A stretch of 60,965 bases of DNA from an uncultured virus (IMG/VR IMGVR_UViG_3300038427_000461) (Duplodnaviria; Heunggongvirae; Uroviricota; Caudoviricetes), in the IMG/VR virus record IMGVR_UViG_3300038427_000461; one strand, 5' to 3'. Each line of letters starts with the position of its first letter. Position 1 is the stretch's first letter. The position numbers and the translations under genes were made by a program. This document shows positions 45,752-54,550 of the stretch, piece after piece. Under the pieces are notes generated by a model. The model was not told the origin of the DNA. It saw only the letters and a program-made list of their open reading frames with translations, and made no database searches.

Positions 45752-47011
45752 TTAGAACACCGTCAGCGAGGCGTTGTTCGCCATGACGAAGTGCGGCACG
45801 AAGCCCGCCATCGACGCGGTCTTCTGGAGCTGGTTCGACCCGATGCTTACGGGCAGCGCCGCGGTCTGCGCCGTGAAGATGCCGTAGAACGGTGCGGCTC
45901 CGTTGGAGGTCGCGGTGAGGTTCGACGCACCGAGCAAGCCGCTCCTCTGGCCAGTGCTGAAGATGAAGTTACCGGCCATCGACGCCGTCTGGTTGAGCGC
46001 GCCCGCACTCGACCAGAACCACCCGAGCCAATAGCGTGACCCGTACCTGAACACCGGAGACGACGACCAGTTCGCTGCTGGAAACGACCCGTAGCGGAAA
46101 CCGCCCGCGAACCCAGTCGAGTTATTCGTCGCCGCTGCCGCGAATCCGAAGCTCACGCTGCCTGAGTTGAGTAGACTCAAGGACGATGCGTTGAGTGTGT
46201 AGATACCGAAAACCCACTTGCTCGTGAACGCGATACTCATGGTCGCGGTAGATCCCGATACCGACAGGTCGGGGAAGAAGCACGTGTTCGCCGTGATGTC
46301 GAACGGGAACATGCACCCAAATCCGTGTAGCGGCGCCACGAAGAGCGAAGAAACGGACCCCGTCAAGTTGGATATTGCACCCAACGCTCCAGAGTTTGTT
46401 TCACTCGGCTGGGCTACTACAAGGTTATCGTACCAATCCCCTGTCAGGTTGGCGCTGGCAGTCACAACTGAACCGTTGAGGCCAAATGAGACGTTGCCAG
46501 AGTTCGAGAACGTCATCGCCGATAGGTTGTTCGACGTCGTCCCCGCTGAGACGTTGATGGCCGTGAGGCTCGACGCAACGCTGGCTGTCAGTGTCCCGCC
46601 GTTCAGGCCAAAGCTGACGTTGCTACCGTTCGCGAACGATACCTGAGTCAGATTGTTCGACGTCGTTCCAGCCGAGAAGTTCACTGGGGCTGATACCGTG
46701 ACGACGCTGCCGTTCAACCCGAAGCTGGCATTGTTCGAGTTGGAGAACGTCACCGCCGACAGGTTGTTTGATGTCGTTCCGGCAGATACGTTTACGTTCA
46801 CCAGTAACGTACCGTTGGAGTTCGGCAACCAGATTGTGCTGTTGCCTGTAGGGGCTGCCGCCAGCACCAGATTGCCAGCCGTGTTCACGAACCCGTTGGA
46901 GATCGTGGAGCCTGAGACGGAATTGCCTACGACTAAGTCTGGCCCCAGGTAGTAGAGCGTGTCCTGTGAGAGCTGGACGAGGTCGTCGAAGCCGCCCGTC
47001 GTGATCGGCAT
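45752..47011 (-). CDS. Fibre/spike protein with 3 SAGTTSNN shaft repeats
   Basis: About 40-aa repeats; N-terminus paralogous to 47013-48395; distinct C-terminal head. Confidence 0.75.
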   Translation of the reverse strand: MPITTGGFDDLVQLSQDTLYYLGPDLVVGNSVSGSTISNGFVNTAGNLVLAAAPTGNSTIWLPNSNGTLLVNVNVSAGTTSNNLSAVTFSNSNNASFGLNGSVVTVSAPVNFSAGTTSNNLTQVSFANGSNVSFGLNGGTLTASVASSLTAINVSAGTTSNNLSAMTFSNSGNVSFGLNGSVVTASANLTGDWYDNLVVAQPSETNSGALGAISNLTGSVSSLFVAPLHGFGCMFPFDITANTCFFPDLSVSGSTATMSIAFTSKWVFGIYTLNASSLSLLNSGSVSFGFAAAATNNSTGFAGGFRYGSFPAANWSSSPVFRYGSRYWLGWFWSSAGALNQTASMAGNFIFSTGQRSGLLGASNLTATSNGAAPFYGIFTAQTAALPVSIGSNQLQKTASMAGFVPHFVMANNASLTVF

Positions 47012-47012
47012 C

Positions 47013-48395
47013 TCAGGTGCCCTGGAAGATGATGAACGGCTGCTCGGCCGCCGTCGCTCCGGTACGGATGTAGCTCGCCGTGTTCGTGATGCCGAAGGAA
47101 GAGGGGAGCGCGTTCGTCGTCGCTTGCGAGTAACCGTTCAGCATCAGGTTCGACATCGCCGCGACCTGGCCCGAGCTGATGACCGGTTGCTGCGGGTTAC
47201 CGTAGTAACTCACCGTCGCGCTCCCCTGCGTCGAGACCCACCACGCGAAGAGGTACGGTCCAGGAGTGACGTTCCACGAGTTCAGCGACATCTGCTGGTA
47301 GTTGATGCCGGTGTTCGACGAGAGGGCAGCGCCCGAGGTCCAGGTGAGGTTGGTGGAGCCCGAGGACGCCAGCGACAGCGCCGTGCCGCCGTTGAGCGAG
47401 TAGAGCGCGGCCGAGACCGAGAGTCCGCCCGAGACGTTGGACGACTTGTTGCTCACCGACGCGAGCCACATCAGGTTCGTGACCGTGATGTCGTACGGCA
47501 CAATGATGGGCATGAAGAAGAGCGTATTCTGGCCGCCCGTGAGCGCCGTCGCGGGCACACCGTTCGACCAGGACGAGATACCTCCGAGCTTCGCGGTCAC
47601 GACCGATCCGTTGAGTCCGAAGCTGAGGCCGTTCGAGTTTGCGAACGTCACCGCCGTCATGTTGTTCGACGTCGTCCCCGCCGAGACGTTGATGGCCGTG
47701 ATGCCGGCGGCGGCTACCGATGCGGTGAGCGTGCCCCCGTTCAACCCGAAGGTGACGCCGCTGCCGTTTGCGAACGAGAGCTGCGTCAGGTTGTTCGACG
47801 TCGTGCCCGCCGAGAAGTTCACCGGGGCCGAGACCGTGAGCGTGCTGCCGTTCAATCCAAACGTGGCATTGTTGGAGTTCGAGAACGTGATGGCTGAGAG
47901 GTTGTTCGATGTCGTCCCCGCCGAGACGTTGATGCCAGTGAGACTCGACGCCACGCTAGCGGTGATGGTCCCAGCGTTTATGCCGAAACTGACGTTGCTG
48001 CCGTTCGCGAAGGTGAAGGCGGACGACTCATTGGAAGTCGTGCCGGCCGAGATGTTGATGTTGGCGGCGCTGACGTTGATCGATGCGGTGATGTTGGTCC
48101 CGTCGTAGCCGAAGGAGACGTTGTTGCCGTTCGCGAAGGTCACCGCCGAGACGTTGCCCGACGTCGTGCCGGCCGAGATGTTGATGTCCACCAGCAGCGT
48201 GCCGTTGGTGTTCGGAAACCAGATGGTCTCGTTGGACGTCTGCGACGCCGCGACGGCTAGTGCCCCACCAGAGTTCGACATGCCCCATGTCACCGTCGAG
48301 GCCAGCGAGTCCCCGACCTGGAGCATCGGCCCAAGCATGTAGAGCGTGTCCAGGGAGAGCTGGACGAGATCCTGGAAACCACCGGTCGTGATCAT
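47013..48395 (-). CDS. Fibre/spike protein with 5 shaft repeats
   Basis: N(I/V/F)SAGTTS..TF.N.....FG..G..TAS repeats. Confidence 0.75.
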   Translation of the reverse strand: MITTGGFQDLVQLSLDTLYMLGPMLQVGDSLASTVTWGMSNSGGALAVAASQTSNETIWFPNTNGTLLVDINISAGTTSGNVSAVTFANGNNVSFGYDGTNITASINVSAANINISAGTTSNESSAFTFANGSNVSFGINAGTITASVASSLTGINVSAGTTSNNLSAITFSNSNNATFGLNGSTLTVSAPVNFSAGTTSNNLTQLSFANGSGVTFGLNGGTLTASVAAAGITAINVSAGTTSNNMTAVTFANSNGLSFGLNGSVVTAKLGGISSWSNGVPATALTGGQNTLFFMPIIVPYDITVTNLMWLASVSNKSSNVSGGLSVSAALYSLNGGTALSLASSGSTNLTWTSGAALSSNTGINYQQMSLNSWNVTPGPYLFAWWVSTQGSATVSYYGNPQQPVISSGQVAAMSNLMLNGYSQATTNALPSSFGITNTASYIRTGATAAEQPFIIFQGT

Positions 48396-48423
48396 GCTTG
48401 TCGTCTCCTAGATGTCTCGCTCG

Positions 48424-49914
48424 TCATGTCCCAGCGAGGATAGCACCTGGCTGAAGAACTGCGGAGAATCCCGTGCGAGCGTACCCGGGGTCGGTTGCCG
48501 CAATGCTGGTCGGGAACCCACCCACGGTACTCACCGAGGAGCCGTTCAGGAACTGGCTCGTCTCGAAGCCGTCGAACGTGCCGACGAGATTGAACGCGGC
48601 ACGTCCGAACAGGTTGAACGCGGCGCCGTTCGAGGTCGAGACGACCCACGCGAAGAGGTAGTCTCCTGGCGTCATCGCATAGTCGACCGGGAGAGTTCGG
48701 TACCGCGTCCCGCTCGCGCCCCCGTACACGCTCGTTGCGCTCGTCACGGTACCTGCTGCCCACGAGAACGCGCGACTCGCCGAGGAAGCTAGACTCGCGG
48801 TGCCGTTGCTGAGCGTGTAGATCGCGTGCGAGAGGGTGAGTGCGCCCGACGAAGCGGAGGGGCCCGACAGCATCCCCACGACCGCGAGCTGCGTCGCCAA
48901 AAGGTTCATCGGCATCGAGACCTTCTGGATCGACAGCGCGTTCTGCGCGATGGGGAAGTTCGTGACGAAGTCGGCGTCCTGACTGAATACTCGGATCGTC
49001 GCCTGCGCCGCCGACGCCGCCACCGACGCTGTCACCACCGATCCGTTCAGCCCGAAGGCAACACCGTTTGCGTTCGCGAACGTCACCGCACTCAAGTCGT
49101 TCGACGTCGTCCCAGCACTCACGTTGATATTGGAGAGCGAGGTCGCGACGGACGCCGTCACCGTCGAGCCGTCGATCCCGAACGATACTCCGTTTCCGTT
49201 TGCGAACGTCACCGCACTCAGGTTGTTCGACGTCGTGCCTGCACTGATATTGATGTTGGACAGGGACGTCGCGATAGACGCCGTCACCGTCGAGTCGTCC
49301 AACCCGAAACTGATCCCGTTCGAGTTGGCGAACGTGATCGCGGTGAGGTTGTTCGACGTGGTGCCGGCGGAGAAGTTGATGCCCGCCGCCCCGGCTATCG
49401 CCGAGGCCGTGATCGTGCTCCCCACCATCCCGAACGAGACGTTGTTGAAGTTCGAGAAAACGACCGTGCCGGTGACAACTGATGAGCCAGCAGCCGAGAT
49501 GGCGAGACGCTCGACCACGGACGAGCCGCTCTGGTCGATGAGTCGCCAGCCGTCCCCATCCCTCCATTCCAGGACAAACCCTGGTTGAAGCACGAACGTT
49601 CCGCCCAAACCCGGCGTCATCGTTGCCGTGACGCCGCTCAGCGTTCGAGTCACGACGATCGTATTGGAATTGACCGGATCCTTGTTGACGATCGTGAGCG
49701 TCTTCAGGTTCCGGACGGTTTTTGCCACCGCTGGGCCAGGGCAAATGACTTGCGTCGTCGCCGACGTGAAAAGCGTGTTCTGCCCAGACGGCAAGATGGG
49801 GGCAAGCGGCGAGCCGGGTCCCTGATCGACCCAGCTCGCCGTGACGTCGATGGGGGCTGCGCCCGCTGTCGTCAGCGAGACGTTGTCCGCCGCGGAGGCG
49901 AGGATGATCGTCAC
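48424..49914 (-). CDS. Spike protein: penton-like N-domain, 3-4 shaft repeats, head
   Basis: GTGA overlap; first ~133 aa paralogous to 49911-50312. Confidence 0.75.
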   Translation of the reverse strand: MTIILASAADNVSLTTAGAAPIDVTASWVDQGPGSPLAPILPSGQNTLFTSATTQVICPGPAVAKTVRNLKTLTIVNKDPVNSNTIVVTRTLSGVTATMTPGLGGTFVLQPGFVLEWRDGDGWRLIDQSGSSVVERLAISAAGSSVVTGTVVFSNFNNVSFGMVGSTITASAIAGAAGINFSAGTTSNNLTAITFANSNGISFGLDDSTVTASIATSLSNINISAGTTSNNLSAVTFANGNGVSFGIDGSTVTASVATSLSNINVSAGTTSNDLSAVTFANANGVAFGLNGSVVTASVAASAAQATIRVFSQDADFVTNFPIAQNALSIQKVSMPMNLLATQLAVVGMLSGPSASSGALTLSHAIYTLSNGTASLASSASRAFSWAAGTVTSATSVYGGASGTRYRTLPVDYAMTPGDYLFAWVVSTSNGAAFNLFGRAAFNLVGTFDGFETSQFLNGSSVSTVGGFPTSIAATDPGYARTGFSAVLQPGAILAGT

Positions 49915-50312
49915 ACGAACGCCCCAAGCTGGTTGAGGAGCTGCCAACCGCCATTGTCCGTCCACTCGAGGACGTAGCCCGGTTGCAGGACAAACGTGCC
50001 GCCCAGTCCAGGTGTCATCGTTGCCGTGACGCCGTTGATCGTGCGAGTCACCGCGATCGAGTTTGTCGCGACCGGGTCCTTGTTGACGATCGTGAGCGTC
50101 TTCAGGTTCCGGACGCTGCTCGGCGCCGTGGGTCCGGGAGCGATTACCTGCGTTTCCGCCGCCGCAAAGAGCGTGTTCTGCCCGTTGGGCAGGATAGGTG
50201 CGAGCGGCGAACCGGGGCCCTGTTCGATCCAGCTCGCCGTGACGTCGATGGGGGCTGCGCCCGCCGTCGTCAGCGAGACGTTGTCCGCCGCCGTCGTGAG
50301 GATGATCGTCAC
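49911..50312 (-). CDS. Penton-like beta-rich virion protein (133 aa)
   Basis: Stand-alone copy of the spike N-domain; TAAGCT box upstream. Confidence 0.7.
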   Translation of the reverse strand: MTIILTTAADNVSLTTAGAAPIDVTASWIEQGPGSPLAPILPNGQNTLFAAAETQVIAPGPTAPSSVRNLKTLTIVNKDPVATNSIAVTRTINGVTATMTPGLGGTFVLQPGYVLEWTDNGGWQLLNQLGAFV

Positions 50313-50404
50313 TGGCCGAGCTTACCGTACAAGCCGCTCTGGCGTGCTAGACACGTTCCTGTCGGTGTGCTTGGTGCTCGACCGGTCAGACGAGTGGGAC
50401 TACC

Positions 50405-50638
50405 TCAGAGCACGGCCAGTTGATCCATCGCCCGGTCGTTCGCAAGTAGTTTCTTGCGGCACTCGTCCGAGCACACCATCCGGCGCTCCGGGGCACCTGG
50501 CATGGTGCCTCCGAGGATGACCCACGCTTCTCCGATCGTCCGGATGACCCGCACGCCGTTGTCCGCTTCGCTGAGTTCTGCCTGGCACGCGCCATCACAC
50601 ACGAGGCACGGTCTGCTGACGAGCGTCTTGCTCGCCAT
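50405..50638 (-). CDS. Small Zn-binding protein
   Basis: RPCLVC..VCSDEC; TGATG overlap. Confidence 0.6.
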   Translation of the reverse strand: MASKTLVSRPCLVCDGACQAELSEADNGVRVIRTIGEAWVILGGTMPGAPERRMVCSDECRKKLLANDRAMDQLAVL

Positions 50639-52332
50639 CAGAGCACGGCCGCCGGCGCCGTCCCTGACCCCGGGGAGAGCGCGCTGAGCGCCGCGTTGAG
50701 CGCCCCCTCGATCTCGCGGGTGTACTTGCCGCTGGTGTCGATCTGCGCGTCGGCGCTCGCCGCGTTCCACGCCTGCGCGAATGCCCGCACCGGACGGGTG
50801 GCGTACTGGGGCACGCCGCGCTGCAGGGAGTTGAAGAGATCGAGCGCCATCACGCGGAGCACGTCGTCGTCTGCGCTGCCGACGCCCATCGACACGCACG
50901 GCCGCACCGTGACGACACGAGAGTAATCGTCGAGGCTGAGACGGTACAAACCTCCATCGGAGCCGCGGACGGCGACCGGCATCCAATTCGAGCCGCTGAG
51001 CGTGGCGCGCACGGCTCCCGAGATCTCCGCTGGGAAGTCGATCGGTGCGCCCCAGCTCGCGCACGTGACCTCGCCCGGCGCCGCGACGACGTACGGCCAC
51101 CACGGGCCGCCCCATCCCCACCCGCTCCCGCCGTATCCGCGCCCCCAGCCACGGCCACGACCTCGGAACGCCGCCCGCCCGCCGCCTCCGTGCCAGCCAC
51201 CCCCTCCACCGCCGTGCCAGCCGCCTCCACCGCCTCCTCCGTGACCGTGACCGACGCCGGCGGTCGTACCGGCAGGAATCGGAGCGCCGCCGCTCGCGGG
51301 CTGCGGATAGGGACCATATCCGGCGGCCGCTCCAGCCGCGGGGAGCGCGATGGTGACGTCGGTGCTCTGCGCCACCTCGGTCGCGGCCAACGGTTGGTAC
51401 GCGGCGGTGGTCGGAGCGATCGGGATGACGGTCGCGGGCAGCGGTTGCCCGCTCTGCACGGCGGCGAGCTGCTCTTTGCTGAGCGGCGCCACCACCTTGG
51501 CCTGCGTGGGTTTGCCGCGGAGCTTGCTGACGATGAGGTGCGCGAGCGTGTCGAAGACGTGCAGGCCCACGTTGCGGATCGCACCCGCCGGCAACTGTTT
51601 GCCGATCTCGGTGCGAGTGAGCAAGAGGACGTCGTTCTCGATGTTCTTCGTGCCCTTCTTGACGAGGACGAGGGCCGCGTCCAGGACGAGGTCGGTGAAG
51701 GTCCGGATGCCTACGGGGATCGGGATGGCCCCGTAGGCGGTCTTGATCGCGATGATCAAGAGGCCGCCACCCTCGAGCACCGCCAGGCCCGCGGAGATCG
51801 CGCTCGAGATCGCGGTGCCGACGCCCGGGATGAGCGAGACGACCCCCTGCGCCTCCTCGAGCACGAACTTCTGGATCTTCACGACGTCCGACGCGATGTG
51901 CCCCACGTCGTGGAGGAACCTCTTGGGGTCCGTCACCGACTCGCCCGCGATCCGCACCGCGCTCGATGCAGCCTTGCCCGCGAACTTCTCCGCTCCCGTG
52001 GCGGCCTTGCCGACGTCCTTGGCCGCGCCCGAAGCGACCTTGCCCACGTCCCTGATCAGGTTGCCGACGTTGAAGTGGAAACCGAAGCCCACTCCGACGT
52101 TGCGAGGGGGAGCCCAGAGCTGGCCCGGATCGGGTTCCCAGTCGCGCGGCCGGCACGCGAGACCGTCGACTCCGACAGAGGCGCTACCGGTTCCGAGGCG
52201 GTCCGCGATCGAGACGAGCGGGCCCGGGTCCGGTCCCCACGGGCGGGGCGGGCAGTTGTACGGGAGGGTCGGGCAGAAGTTCTCGCCCACACCGAATGGG
52301 ATGGGGCGGCCGTTCCTGAAGATCGTGTTCAT
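50638..52332 (-). CDS. Multidomain putative virion membrane protein with a peptidoglycan-binding-like C-terminus
   Basis: Amphipathic and hydrophobic helices; G/W-rich stretch; VRAFAQAWN..DTSGKYTREIEGAL. Confidence 0.75.
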   Translation of the reverse strand: MNTIFRNGRPIPFGVGENFCPTLPYNCPPRPWGPDPGPLVSIADRLGTGSASVGVDGLACRPRDWEPDPGQLWAPPRNVGVGFGFHFNVGNLIRDVGKVASGAAKDVGKAATGAEKFAGKAASSAVRIAGESVTDPKRFLHDVGHIASDVVKIQKFVLEEAQGVVSLIPGVGTAISSAISAGLAVLEGGGLLIIAIKTAYGAIPIPVGIRTFTDLVLDAALVLVKKGTKNIENDVLLLTRTEIGKQLPAGAIRNVGLHVFDTLAHLIVSKLRGKPTQAKVVAPLSKEQLAAVQSGQPLPATVIPIAPTTAAYQPLAATEVAQSTDVTIALPAAGAAAGYGPYPQPASGGAPIPAGTTAGVGHGHGGGGGGGWHGGGGGGWHGGGGRAAFRGRGRGWGRGYGGSGWGWGGPWWPYVVAAPGEVTCASWGAPIDFPAEISGAVRATLSGSNWMPVAVRGSDGGLYRLSLDDYSRVVTVRPCVSMGVGSADDDVLRVMALDLFNSLQRGVPQYATRPVRAFAQAWNAASADAQIDTSGKYTREIEGALNAALSALSPGSGTAPAAVL

Positions 52333-52341
52333 GGGACGCTC

Positions 52342-52893
52342 CTATCTCTTCACGATGGCCGCAATCGCGCCGACGACCACGACGATGCCGGCGCCGATGC
52401 CGACTTTCGCGAGCGTGGACAGTCCGCGCGGCTTCTCGGTGACGGGCGGTGCGGTGGCAGCAGCCGGTCCAGCCCCGTCCGGCGCGGTCGGCGCATTGGG
52501 CGACGCGGCCGCCGCCGGCGACGGCGCGGTCGGTGCGACTGACGAGTCGGCATCGTCGTACGAGTCGTCGTCTTGCTCGGCGACTGCGAGGTGCGCGCCC
52601 CACCACGCGGGCTGGGCGCCCCATTCGCGGCGCCACTGGCGCGCGCCGAACCACGCGGGGCGAGTGCCCCACTCGGGCCGCCAGCGGGCCGCGCCGAACC
52701 CGGGCGGCGGCCGGGTGCCCCACTCGGGCCGCCACACGCGCGCGAGGATCGCGTCGTGCCTGGCTCGGGCAGGCGGTGCGGGCCGGCGGACCGGCGGCGC
52801 CGGGCGCCGTTCCACGGGGGGTGCGGGCACCCCCACGCCGAACGGGCCGGCCGAGAGCGGGCGACCATTTCTCCTGACGATGATGTCGTTCAT
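52342..52893 (-). CDS. Membrane-anchored protein with WRPEWG repeats
   Basis: GGAGG RBS; C-terminal TM AKVGIGAGIVVVVGAIAAIV. Confidence 0.75.
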   Translation of the reverse strand: MNDIIVRRNGRPLSAGPFGVGVPAPPVERRPAPPVRRPAPPARARHDAILARVWRPEWGTRPPPGFGAARWRPEWGTRPAWFGARQWRREWGAQPAWWGAHLAVAEQDDDSYDDADSSVAPTAPSPAAAASPNAPTAPDGAGPAAATAPPVTEKPRGLSTLAKVGIGAGIVVVVGAIAAIVKR

Positions 52894-52914
52894 CCTGGCC
52901 TCCGTCCTTGCGCC

Positions 52915-53349
52915 TTAGACACTCCATCCGGGGACCGACCGACCGCCCCGCTGGATCGACCCCACCCCGAAGAGCCCCCCGAACGGGCTGCCACCGCCGT
53001 CATCGCCGCCCCCGCTGAACAGGCTGGAGATGCTCTGGGCGGTCTTGGCGACGTTCGAGGCGGTCTTGGCGACGTTTGAGGCGGTGCTGACGGCGGAGGC
53101 GACCGGGTTCGCCGCAGGCGCGGCGGCCGCCGCCTTCGGTGCCGGCGCGGGCGTCGGCTTCGGGGCCGGTGCCGGGGCCGCTGCCGGCTTCGGTGCCGCC
53201 GCTGCGGTTGTCGACGCGGGGAGGGCTCCAGCGATCGGGGGGAGCGCGCCGTCCGGCTTCCTCGTGGTGTACCAGTAGACCCCCCCGCCGACCGCGGCGG
53301 TCACGAGTGCGGCTACGGCCGTCGCTGCGTAGATGACGCTGTCCTTCAT
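52915..53349 (-). CDS. Membrane protein with N-terminal TM and Ala/Pro linker
   Basis: Hydrophobic segment ending GVYWYTTRK. Confidence 0.7.
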   Translation of the reverse strand: MKDSVIYAATAVAALVTAAVGGGVYWYTTRKPDGALPPIAGALPASTTAAAAPKPAAAPAPAPKPTPAPAPKAAAAAPAANPVASAVSTASNVAKTASNVAKTAQSISSLFSGGGDDGGGSPFGGLFGVGSIQRGGRSVPGWSV

Positions 53350-53648
53350 GGTGACGCTCCGATCCTATCACGCCGCAGCTTCCACGCGGCCCACGCGAGC
53401 ACGAACGCCTCGATCGCGAGCGAGCCGGCGATGGCGTTCCGGACCACGTGCTTGCGCTCGCCGGCGACGAGCATCCCGGCTCCGACGAGTCCCGAGCGCA
53501 GGACCGTGTGGGCGACGGCGACGGGCAGCGCGCGGAGATCGCCACTGAGCAGGGCGACGGCGCTCGAACCGGACGGCAGCGCCGGGCACACGACGGACTG
53601 GCCGAGACCGACGGACCGACCGGCGAACGAGATGGATTCCGCTCTCAT
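53346..53648 (-). CDS. Small membrane protein
   Basis: ATGA overlaps at both ends; hydrophobic helices. Confidence 0.65.
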   Translation of the reverse strand: MRAESISFAGRSVGLGQSVVCPALPSGSSAVALLSGDLRALPVAVAHTVLRSGLVGAGMLVAGERKHVVRNAIAGSLAIEAFVLAWAAWKLRRDRIGASP

Positions 53649-54547
53649 GCTCTGGCCCTGGCGGGCAGCCGCCGCGACACCGGCCTCGTGGCAACCCAGT
53701 AGACCGCCCCGCCGGCCACGACGATCCCAAGCACGGTCGCCGCGACTGCGGGGCGACGGAGCACGGCGAGTGCGTTCCCCACCGCGGTCGTCGGGGCACT
53801 CTGCGGGTACCAGAGCTTGTCGGGATCGAGCTTGCCGGCGACGACCGCCGCTGCGTTGTCGAACATCTTGTCGTGGCCGGCCTTGCGCTGCGGCGCGACG
53901 CCCTTGAAGTTGCTGCTCGCCTTGGCGGCGGCCCAGTCCCCCCGGTTGAACGCGTCGGCGAACGACTTGAAGCCGTAGACCGGGATGAAGCCGCCGCCCA
54001 TCGCCCAGGCCATGCCGTGCGTCGCCATCTGCGCGTCGGCGGGAGCCTCGGCGAACTTCGGGAGGCTCTTGAGCAGCTCCTTCTCGTTGCTCGCCATCCG
54101 CGACGCGGTCAGGTCCTGGATGACGACTTCGGGGATCTTGAGCTGCGTGATCTTCTTGTCGTTCGGCAGGTCGAAGCCGCCCGACTGCTTGTGCGCGTTC
54201 TTGACCGTCTGCCAGTCCTGGATGATCTCGGCCTGCGTCGCGGGCTTCTCGTCGGACTTGTGCACCCAAGGGATGACGAGCGCGGGGCCGTAGCCGTTCA
54301 TGTCGGCCATCGGCGTCTTGTTGCTGTTCGAGTCGATCTCGTACCCGATGGCCGTCGTGACGAGGCCGAGGATGTCGGTATACATGACATCCGCCTTGGC
54401 CTCCCACTGCGCCTGCGTCTTGGGGAACGCGTCGATGACGCTGTCGCGCGTCGCGCGGCCGCCGCTCGTCGCCCCCAGGCCCGGCGGGACAACGCACGAG
54501 ATGAGCGTCCTCGGCGGGACGACGTCTTCCCACGAGGCGACGCGCAT
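53645..54547 (-). CDS. GH24/T4-like lysozyme with C-terminal TM anchor
   Basis: E-x8-D-x5-T triad (WE-AKADVMYT-D-ILGLV-TTAIG); C-terminal TM. Confidence 0.85.
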   Translation of the reverse strand: MRVASWEDVVPPRTLISCVVPPGLGATSGGRATRDSVIDAFPKTQAQWEAKADVMYTDILGLVTTAIGYEIDSNSNKTPMADMNGYGPALVIPWVHKSDEKPATQAEIIQDWQTVKNAHKQSGGFDLPNDKKITQLKIPEVVIQDLTASRMASNEKELLKSLPKFAEAPADAQMATHGMAWAMGGGFIPVYGFKSFADAFNRGDWAAAKASSNFKGVAPQRKAGHDKMFDNAAAVVAGKLDPDKLWYPQSAPTTAVGNALAVLRRPAVAATVLGIVVAGGAVYWVATRPVSRRLPARARA

Positions 54548-54550
54548 CGC

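Noticed and set aside
49513..50312. DGR template/variable repeat pair
   Set aside because: Both copies are intact coding, the differences do not look adenine-specific, and no reverse transcriptase is present
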